Program-made: the position numbers and the translations under genes | The notes under the pieces: model-generated | Databases searched by the model: none | What the model was told of the DNA's origin: nothing | What the model saw: the letters and a program-made list of their open reading frames with translations, nothing else | Shown: in pieces, positions 20,683-27,659 of the stretch | How the letters are laid out: each line of letters begins with the position of its first letter | Position numbering within the stretch: position 1 is the first letter of the stretch | Assembly: GCA_041651035.1 (NCBI GenBank) | Contig: JBAZKC010000001.1 | Location: forward strand, 1 to 60,870 | Reading direction: 5' to 3' | DNA length: 60,870 nucleotides | Origin: Candidatus Omnitrophota bacterium | GTDB taxonomy: Bacteria; Omnitrophota; Gorgyraeia; Gygaellales; Profunditerraquicolaceae

Positions 20683-21780
20683 TTACATCCCTCTTGATAT
20701 TTTATCCAGATCCACGTTATCTTTGATTAATTTTATGACCGCGTTGATCTTATCGGTATCCTGGGGCCTGATCTTTACAGTCAAATCATAGACGCGCGTT
20801 GCCACGCCGTAGGTGTCAGCCTTGGCCAATAACACCGGTATTTGAGCCTTCCCTAATAAATCCATGATCGGCTTATCCGGCGTAATGCCTCCGGATAAAA
20901 TAATACCTGCGACCTTAAGCTTCTTTTCGCTGCCTTCTCTAAGGCACCCTAAGACACTCACGATTATATCCTCCCTGTCTCCGGGAGTGATCATCAGGCT
21001 GTCATTAACTATATAATTTATGGCATCGTGCGGCTCCATGGCGCCCACGATAACCTGAGATACAGTATGCTCTAAAGAATCCCTGCCGCATAAAACTTCA
21101 AAATCAGTTTCTTCCAGGATCTGCTCTATGGTAGGCTGGGCAAGCATCGGGTTATAAGGTATAACGCCTAAAACATTGATCTTTTTTCTTTCCAGGCCTT
21201 TTCTTACCAGGCGGTTTATTTTATCAAATTTATCCGGCATGACCTTATTGATTATTACGCCTAATACCTTAACCCCTTCCCTCTCAAAGAGCGCCTTATT
21301 TAAAGCTATTTCATCTATCGGCCTGCCGATACCTCCCGAAGAAACAATTATAGCCTTTGAGCCAAGCAGCCTTGCCACGGCAGCGTTGGAATGATCAAAA
21401 ACAGAGCCCACTCCGGCATGGCCCGTACCCTCAATGATCACCAGGTCCGTGCCTTTAGATACATGCCTGAACGCTTCCTTGATCTTAGCGGTGATTGCTT
21501 TCTTATTCGGCGAGTTTATGTATTTTTCGGTAAAGCCCTTTTCTACAGCCACAGGGCTCATATCTTTTAACCCGCGTTTTACACGATGCTCGGTAACAAC
21601 CTTTTCAATTAAAACAGAGTCTTCATCGATCTTAACGCCGTCTTCTTCCAGATAACGCTGGCCGATAGGCTTTATAAAAGCCACCTTCTTAAACCTATCC
21701 TTAAGGCTGCAGATCAAGCCCAGCGATACTGTCGTTTTGCCGTCGTTCTGCTTGGTGGCCGCTATAAATATCTTTTTCAC
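20683..21780 (-). CDS. Pta N-terminal-type protein (BioD-like P-loop fold plus DRTGG domain)
   Basis: 365 aa. IFIAATKQNDGKTTVSLGL resembles the N-terminus of class II Pta, and a DRTGG-like region (ITPGDREDI) is present. It is in the same frame as the catalytic ORF and separated from it only by TAA-TAT. Confidence 0.75.
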   Translation of the reverse strand: MKKIFIAATKQNDGKTTVSLGLICSLKDRFKKVAFIKPIGQRYLEEDGVKIDEDSVLIEKVVTEHRVKRGLKDMSPVAVEKGFTEKYINSPNKKAITAKIKEAFRHVSKGTDLVIIEGTGHAGVGSVFDHSNAAVARLLGSKAIIVSSGGIGRPIDEIALNKALFEREGVKVLGVIINKVMPDKFDKINRLVRKGLERKKINVLGVIPYNPMLAQPTIEQILEETDFEVLCGRDSLEHTVSQVIVGAMEPHDAINYIVNDSLMITPGDREDIIVSVLGCLREGSEKKLKVAGIILSGGITPDKPIMDLLGKAQIPVLLAKADTYGVATRVYDLTVKIRPQDTDKINAVIKLIKDNVDLDKISRGM

Positions 21781-22101
21781 TTAAAGATACTCTGCTATCT
21801 TCTTCCTTAGGTCCGCCTTACTTAAAGCGCCTACGATCTGATCCATAACTTTGCCGTCTTTAAAAAAGAGCAAAGCGGGTATGGACATGATCCCGTAGTC
21901 GGTGGCGATTTTGGCGTTAGAGTCAATATCAATCTTGCCGATCTTTATTTTATCTTTATATTCACTGGCCATCTCTTCTATAATAGGCGAGATCATCTTG
22001 CACGGCAGGCACCAACTTGCCCAGAAATCAACCAAAACCGGAAGACGGGATTCCAAGACTTCCTTCTTAAAATTGCTGTCGGTAAAATGTACTATGCTCA
22101 T
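21781..22101 (-). CDS. trxA: Thioredoxin with atypical WCLPC active site
   Basis: 106 aa thioredoxin fold. The active site reads W-C-L-P-C (22000-22014) rather than WCGPC. Confidence 0.85.
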   Translation of the reverse strand: MSIVHFTDSNFKKEVLESRLPVLVDFWASWCLPCKMISPIIEEMASEYKDKIKIGKIDIDSNAKIATDYGIMSIPALLFFKDGKVMDQIVGALSKADLRKKIAEYL

Positions 22102-22197
22102 ATTAGCTCTTGGGTTAAAAAGATTAATAAATATTGGCAGGTGAAGTCATAAAATATCATAAATAGGTGCCAAATGCAAGGAATTTTAATCCCGAAA

Positions 22198-23754
22198 TTA
22201 TTTTCCACACCGGGAAAAATAGCCTCCGGTGAGAGCATCAAGAGAAGCGGTAAGTTCTTCCAGCCTCAACTCTTTCTCCAATCTTTTTCTTTTGTCTTCA
22301 ATTGATAAATTATCCAGCTCCAACTTCACCCGCCGACGCTCAAAATACAGCTTAGTTACCTCATCCAGAATATCGCCGCGCAGCTCGACCATCAGCCGCG
22401 AACGGACATCAATGGAAGTCTGGTCCTCGTTCCAGATGAGCTCGCTTAAATCCCAACTTAACGCTATGTCCCAACCGCTGGACATATCTTCCGGCCCCTC
22501 ATATACATAATGCGTGGTCGCGCTTGTATATATTTCATAGTTGGTATTCCTGGAATTATCTAAACCCACTGTCAGTTTGGGTAAGATCGCTTTCATCTGG
22601 GCCTTTTTTCTCCACTGTTTGATCTTATCCGGCTCAACCTCCGCATACTTAATTGCCGCCTCCTGAACTTCATTAATTCCAGGCTCATCTTTATAATACG
22701 CCGCTGCCGTGATAATATCTTTCTGCTTATCTCCGCTGAAATGGCTGATATCCGCCTTAAACAACCCTTTATCGCAGGCAGCGTAAATATTACCCTGCTT
22801 ATCTAAATCAAGGTACCTGACATCCTGAGCAACCAGGCCTAATGATAATTCCTGCCAACGGCTGTTCCTATACGTAAAAATGCCGGATTTTGCGGCCGCG
22901 TAAATAATCGAATCAGAAGAAATCAATAATAATTTTACATCTCTATTAAGCAAACCGTAATCAGACATCGGGCCCCAGGACTTGCCCTTATCCTGGCTCT
23001 TGTGAACTCCTTTCTTAGAAGCAATATAAAGATAATTTAAATTATTCGGGTCTATGCTTATATATCTTATATCTGAAAATTGTTCTTCTCCATCCCGGTC
23101 TTCGCCTGGCCGATCTTCATCACCGCCATCTTCCGTAGGATGCGCAACAAATATTCTTTCCCAGTGTTTGCCGGCATCCTGCGTTTTAAATATGCCATCC
23201 AGGCAAGCAGCATAAATAGAATCCGACTCGCTGATATTATAAGCAATAGCTAATATCTGGCTATTGCCGAGCTTGCCCGCTTCTTTACACCAGGACCGGC
23301 CGTTATCTTTACTGGTAAATAGCCCCGCCTTTGTGCCTAAAAATATATGCCCGGGAAAAACCGCCAGCGCGGTACATTCTCTCTCTAAATAGCTCTTGCC
23401 CTGGAAAATCCTGCTCCATCTATTGCCTTCATTAATACTATAAAATAGCCCGTTAGCGGTAGCAGCATATATAGTTTTTTTATTCGCGGCGCTGAATAAT
23501 AAAGAATTTACCGCTTTGCTCTGTCCCTTAATTAATAAAATATTTCTCCAACTCTTGCCGGCGTCCTCGGTCTTAAGAACCCCGTTGCCAGAACCGATAT
23601 AAATAACACGGGGATTATCGGGCTGGACCAATACTGTTCTTATATCGGCATTGCCTTCTCCTATATCTTGCCAGGATATTTCTTCAGCTACTGCCAGAAT
23701 CAAAGATCCTAAAATCCAAAAACTTAATAACCCAACAACACCAATCTTTTTCAT
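22198..23754 (-). CDS. Secreted Asp-box (BNR/sortilin-like) beta-propeller protein with C-terminal coiled-coil region
   Basis: 518 aa with a signal peptide (MKKIGVVGLLSFWILGSLILAVA). Repeated SxDxGxSW-type boxes are present (TEDAGKSW, SKDNGRSW, TQDAGKHW, SQDKGKSW). There is an acidic insert (EDGGDEDRPGEDRDGEE) and a heptad-like C-terminus. A good SD (AAGGGAGGTG) precedes the start. Confidence 0.6.
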   Translation of the reverse strand: MKKIGVVGLLSFWILGSLILAVAEEISWQDIGEGNADIRTVLVQPDNPRVIYIGSGNGVLKTEDAGKSWRNILLIKGQSKAVNSLLFSAANKKTIYAATANGLFYSINEGNRWSRIFQGKSYLERECTALAVFPGHIFLGTKAGLFTSKDNGRSWCKEAGKLGNSQILAIAYNISESDSIYAACLDGIFKTQDAGKHWERIFVAHPTEDGGDEDRPGEDRDGEEQFSDIRYISIDPNNLNYLYIASKKGVHKSQDKGKSWGPMSDYGLLNRDVKLLLISSDSIIYAAAKSGIFTYRNSRWQELSLGLVAQDVRYLDLDKQGNIYAACDKGLFKADISHFSGDKQKDIITAAAYYKDEPGINEVQEAAIKYAEVEPDKIKQWRKKAQMKAILPKLTVGLDNSRNTNYEIYTSATTHYVYEGPEDMSSGWDIALSWDLSELIWNEDQTSIDVRSRLMVELRGDILDEVTKLYFERRRVKLELDNLSIEDKRKRLEKELRLEELTASLDALTGGYFSRCGK

Positions 23755-23907
23755 CCCGCACCTCCCTTTCTACTTTAATAGACGCAGGAGGCAAAATAAT
23801 CTAACAAGAATTCTTAAAGAAGATATTAGTCTCGTGGTTTAAAATAAGGGTTAGGCAATTAGATAAAACAGGCTGGCAATTACGGTCAGAGAAACGGGCT
23901 AAATAAT

Positions 23908-23940
23908 GGGGACGGTTCTGTCAAAGATAGAACCGTCCCC
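23908..23940 (-). terminator. Stem-loop (12 bp) immediately after the CHAT gene; member of a repeated hairpin family
   Basis: GGGGACGGTTCT (23908-23919) pairs with AGAACCGTCCCC (23929-23940). On the minus strand ATTATTT follows. The same arm sequence recurs at 35855-35889. Confidence 0.6.
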
Positions 23941-23951
23941 TAGTTTTGGGT

Positions 23952-26147
23952 TCAATCCAAACTCAAAAGCTCCTGCTTTACTCTTTGGTAATCCGGAGTA
24001 TCTATCCGGGTATATATCTCTTGCGCCTGCCGGAGATACTCCCTGGCTTTGTTCTTTTGCCCTTTCCTCTTATATAGAGAACCTAGATTATTATAAGCAG
24101 CAGCTGATTCTAAAGGCGCGTCTATATCTTTACAAACTGAAAGGGCCTGGTAAAAATATTTCTCCGCTTCGGTAAAATTATCTATTTCTACATATAATTC
24201 ACCGATCATATTATAATCCGAGGCTATATTAGGCATATTACCCTGTTTTTGATCTATCTTTAACCCCTGAAAATAAAAATCCAGCGCTTTCTGGTATTCT
24301 TTCTGATAAGAATAGACCTCGCCGACATTAAAATAGTAATCGCTTAATTCACGGGCCAGCTTAAGCCTGTTGAATAACCTGAAACTCTTATCGTAGAATT
24401 CCTTAGCGGTAGCAAGATCATCTTTATTCAGGAACAAAAGCCCGAGATTAAAATAATCACATGCCAGATTATACCTGTGCTTGTATGAGTATTGCCTTTC
24501 CCGGTTAATTTCTGAACTCTTAGTAAGCAGCTCAAGGGCTTTATCATCTTCTCCCTTATCCATATACCAAACCGCCAGCTTCCTTAAGGCAATAGCCTCG
24601 TTTAACCTATCCTTATTCCCCTTGCTTAAAGCTATTGATTTATTATAGAACTCAAAGGCCTTGGCGTATTCTCCGTATAGATGATAGATCCAGCCAATGC
24701 CGATATAAGCAGAACTTAAATTCTTTTTATCACGCCTTTTCTCGCTGAAGAACGCGTAATCAAAATAATATTTCAGGGCATTATCTTTATCTCCTAACCT
24801 CTGATAGGTATCTGCCAGCAAAGGATAAATTGCCAGGAATGAAGGTTCATTCTTTATTATGCGGCCGGATTGCGAAATGACTCTTTGATTCTGGCCTCCC
24901 CGGAATGACCTCTGGGATTCCAGGAATAAACGATAGGTATTAGGGTTTATAGTAGGCAGCCAAATATACAGGCAGATACAGACAGATACAAACACTACTG
25001 CCGCAAAGAACCAGGCCAGCCGTTTCCTATGCAAAGAAATATTTATTCTCGGCTTATCGCTCTTCGGCTTTACTTTTGGCCGGAATAATATAAAATTGGG
25101 GTCTCCGTAAAGAAGATAACTTGCCCAATGCATAGGCATTATACCGTATTCACTAATTAACTTAAGGCGGCCCAATCTGATACTCTCGCCCATAGACTTG
25201 CCGGAAATCAACTGCGCGTAGAATTCTTTTGAAAAAGACAGGCTGACCGGGTCTTCTATCTTGCGTATCGCCCCGATATAATGACGGACACCGGAAAACA
25301 GGAATGCTGACGCCAGGCTGTAATTGTTCTCCTGGTAATCCGCTTCCATCGGTTTTGCGGTGTTTACAGCGGAATGACAGGCGTTAGAGAATATTAAGGC
25401 GGGTAAAGAAACGGCTGAACCCATGGCAAGGATATCCTGGATAGTAAACTTAGAGTCGCTTAGGACCCAGCCGCTATTATCGGGGTTATCCGCCTCATAT
25501 TCACAGTGCCCGGCAAAGTGCACGATATCGTAATCGCAGAGGTTTTTCTTTACATACATCTTATCGATATACGTGGATTTAAAATCGATATGCACATTAT
25601 TGCTTTTGCGGTCAAATTGATTTTTGATATTTACGCCTTCTAAGTAAGCGGATTTTAAATCATTGGTGGGATTGACCATTATCAGCATTTTAAGAACACC
25701 GGCGAAACTACGGTACCGGGGCCGGCTTACCGGCTCCCTGGTCCTGATCACCCTGCCTATATTAAAAGCAAGGCATAAGAAGCTCCTTCCATCATAGAGG
25801 AGTTCCCAGGGAATGTTAATTAACTCTTCATCCGTAGAAAGTATCAGGCTGGAGATTTGAGAGGATTTTAATTTTTCCTTAACTGACGGGGTAAGCAGGT
25901 GATCCCAGAGCAGCCGGCCGGATTTGATCAAACCCTTGATCAGTTCCTTGTCATAAGCGCTATTTTTACCTGCCTTATTTAATATAAAGGAAATTTCCTG
26001 GCATAATTTATCTATTTCCGCGGATGAAACAGCGCACTGGCTATAATGCCGTAATGTCGAAGCAAGTTCCAGACGCTCAAAAACACTCATTTTGAGCGTC
26101 TGTCCCTGCTTTAATATTTCTAAGACCAGGGTACCGGCTTCCTGCAT
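23952..26147 (-). CDS. CHAT (caspase-like protease) domain - single TM helix - TPR repeat protein
   Basis: 731 aa. The CHAT hallmarks are IVHFAGHCEY (His), LIFSNACHSA (Cys) and WASYLLYGDP. A basic stretch KVKPKSDKPRINISLHRKR precedes the TM helix LAWFFAAVVFVSVCICLYIWL. About 320 aa of TPR-like repeats follow (repeated A..Y/F...L patterns). Confidence 0.8.
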   Translation of the reverse strand: MQEAGTLVLEILKQGQTLKMSVFERLELASTLRHYSQCAVSSAEIDKLCQEISFILNKAGKNSAYDKELIKGLIKSGRLLWDHLLTPSVKEKLKSSQISSLILSTDEELINIPWELLYDGRSFLCLAFNIGRVIRTREPVSRPRYRSFAGVLKMLIMVNPTNDLKSAYLEGVNIKNQFDRKSNNVHIDFKSTYIDKMYVKKNLCDYDIVHFAGHCEYEADNPDNSGWVLSDSKFTIQDILAMGSAVSLPALIFSNACHSAVNTAKPMEADYQENNYSLASAFLFSGVRHYIGAIRKIEDPVSLSFSKEFYAQLISGKSMGESIRLGRLKLISEYGIMPMHWASYLLYGDPNFILFRPKVKPKSDKPRINISLHRKRLAWFFAAVVFVSVCICLYIWLPTINPNTYRLFLESQRSFRGGQNQRVISQSGRIIKNEPSFLAIYPLLADTYQRLGDKDNALKYYFDYAFFSEKRRDKKNLSSAYIGIGWIYHLYGEYAKAFEFYNKSIALSKGNKDRLNEAIALRKLAVWYMDKGEDDKALELLTKSSEINRERQYSYKHRYNLACDYFNLGLLFLNKDDLATAKEFYDKSFRLFNRLKLARELSDYYFNVGEVYSYQKEYQKALDFYFQGLKIDQKQGNMPNIASDYNMIGELYVEIDNFTEAEKYFYQALSVCKDIDAPLESAAAYNNLGSLYKRKGQKNKAREYLRQAQEIYTRIDTPDYQRVKQELLSLD

Positions 26148-26159
26148 TATATAATCTGA

Positions 26160-26867
26160 TTAGTTACTTATATCCAACAATATCGAGGCAAGCTTATTCT
26201 CAAAAACAGATACCTCAATCCTGTAATTACCCAACAGGATGTGGCCGAAGGTAACTGAACCTGTATCAGTAAGGTAGGATTCCAATTCCAGGTCATCTTT
26301 AAGAAGAGTGACTCTTAGATCTTTAACTATATTCTGGGTCTGTTTTTCTTTAACCACAACCATGAGAATAAAAGCGCCCTCCCCTTTATTCTCTATCTTA
26401 GCCTCTACTTTTATATTCTGAAGGTCTTTTAGAATAGTCACTCCCTCTTTAAAATCTTTTATCAAGCGGCCGCGTAAAAGAGGAGCGGGCACTAACTCCC
26501 GGCCCACCAGGACGTCTCCGGTAGTATTCAATATCTCCAGCAACTTTCCTTTAGCCCTTAAGAGTATCTCTAAAATAGGAGCTCCGCATTCAGCGGTAAA
26601 GAGCGAACCCTTGATCTTGTCAAGTAATTCGCCAGGTACCTCTTTTTTATCTACTGTTTTCATCCCTAAGCCAAGAACCACAGACTGAGCGCAATCATCA
26701 CAACTTAGCAAATGAGCTTTAAGATGGTCATTCTCTTCCTTAGACAGGCGGCCTTCCAGGAAACAGGCAATAGCCTCTTCATCAGGATGCACCCCCTCAA
26801 CCTTGCCTAATCCTGACTTCCATTTCTTATAGACCAGCTTAACCAGGCTCTCGAATCTATCCTGCAT
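26160..26867 (-). CDS. Putative anti-sigma factor with zf-HC2 (ZAS) motif, no TM segment
   Basis: 235 aa located immediately after the ECF sigma gene. It has HLLSCDDC (HxxxCxxC). No hydrophobic stretch long enough for a TM helix is present. Confidence 0.6.
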   Translation of the reverse strand: MQDRFESLVKLVYKKWKSGLGKVEGVHPDEEAIACFLEGRLSKEENDHLKAHLLSCDDCAQSVVLGLGMKTVDKKEVPGELLDKIKGSLFTAECGAPILEILLRAKGKLLEILNTTGDVLVGRELVPAPLLRGRLIKDFKEGVTILKDLQNIKVEAKIENKGEGAFILMVVVKEKQTQNIVKDLRVTLLKDDLELESYLTDTGSVTFGHILLGNYRIEVSVFENKLASILLDISN

Positions 26868-26903
26868 ATGTATACTCTCCCCAATATAATAGACGTACCA
26901 GTA

Positions 26904-27512
26904 TCAGAAATCTAACAAAAAACCTTTACTTTTAAAGCACTCTTTTAATTTATTAATAAGGCGTGATTTTTGCATATCTATGGCGCCGCGTGAAAGCTTG
27001 AGATGATCTTTTAATTCCTCAAGCCTTATCCCCCTCTTCATATGCAGTTCTAAGAAGTATTTATCATCGCTGTCTAATCTTTCAATACAGTCTGTTAAAC
27101 TCCCAAGCTTTTCTTCATAACTAAGCATATCAGGAACAGGCTCAGCGCCGTCTACAAGCAGATTTTTCAGGTTAAGATCGTCATCCGGTTCTTGGCTATC
27201 GAGATAAACGGCGGGTTTCATCTTACGGATATAGTCTATCGTAAAGTTAATGGTAACCTGCCTTAACCAACTGGCAAGGCTGCATCCGTTTATTGCTTTA
27301 AAACTTCTTAATTTCTTAGAATTATCCTTGAGTAGAGAGCAGAAGATTTCCTGGAATACATCGTTGATGTGGTCTTGCGCGGAAGCGTAACCTTTTACAT
27401 TAAAAACATTGTGGATATAGTTATATATCAGGCGGGAATATTTACTTAAGAATTCATCCCAGGCTGCCTTGTCTCCTTTGACGCACCTCTGGACAAATTC
27501 CAAGTCATCCAT
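26904..27512 (-). CDS. ECF-type RNA polymerase sigma-70 family factor
   Basis: 202 aa. Region 2 is LSKYSRLIYNYI...DVFQEIFCSL and region 4 is the HTH LEELKDHLKLSRGAIDMQKSRLINKLK. Confidence 0.85.
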   Translation of the reverse strand: MDDLEFVQRCVKGDKAAWDEFLSKYSRLIYNYIHNVFNVKGYASAQDHINDVFQEIFCSLLKDNSKKLRSFKAINGCSLASWLRQVTINFTIDYIRKMKPAVYLDSQEPDDDLNLKNLLVDGAEPVPDMLSYEEKLGSLTDCIERLDSDDKYFLELHMKRGIRLEELKDHLKLSRGAIDMQKSRLINKLKECFKSKGFLLDF

Positions 27513-27521
27513 AATGGAATT

Positions 27522-27549
27522 ATTATACCATTAAACCTTGTAAGTCAAA
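27522..27549 (-). promoter_or_regulatory. Sigma-70-like promoter placing the ECF sigma ATG about 9 nt after the -10 (near-leaderless)
   Basis: On the minus strand TTGACT (27548-27543) or TTTGAC precedes TATAAT (27527-22) by 15-16 nt. Then aattccatt and the ATG (27512) follow. No SD is present. Confidence 0.5.
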
Positions 27550-27560
27550 ACAAATAATTA

Positions 27561-27595
27561 GGGACACCCTTCCTGCCAATCAGGAGAGTGTCCCC
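27561..27595 (-). repeat. Imperfect hairpin sharing the GGGACACCCT arm with the hppA terminator
   Basis: GGGACA (27561-27566) pairs with TGTCCC (27589-27594) and TCCTG (27571-27575) with CAGGA (27581-27585), with an internal loop between the helices. The first 10 nt are identical to 27621-27630. Confidence 0.6.
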
Positions 27596-27613
27596 ATAAG
27601 AAATCAAAAGCTT

Positions 27614-27655
27614 AAAAAAAGGGACACCCTTAGCTTTAGCAAGTTGGGTGTCCCT
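27614..27655 (-). terminator. Intrinsic terminator of hppA
   Basis: The minus strand reads AGGGACACCC-15 nt-GGGTGTCCCT followed by TTTTTTT. It starts 5 nt after the hppA stop. Confidence 0.8.
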
Positions 27656-27659
27656 AAGA

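Noticed and set aside
22160-22172. A sigma-54-like -24 element (TGGCAC) upstream of trxA.
   Set aside because: The -12 position reads TATGA rather than TTGC(A/T). The same DNA fits a sigma-70 promoter (TTGCAT-17 nt-TATTTT) at least as well.
23890-23935. An ECF-type promoter (GAAC...CGT) upstream of the Asp-box propeller gene.
   Set aside because: The GAAC lies inside the terminator stem and the spacing is 18 nt. The match is too short to distinguish from chance without knowing this ECF group's consensus.
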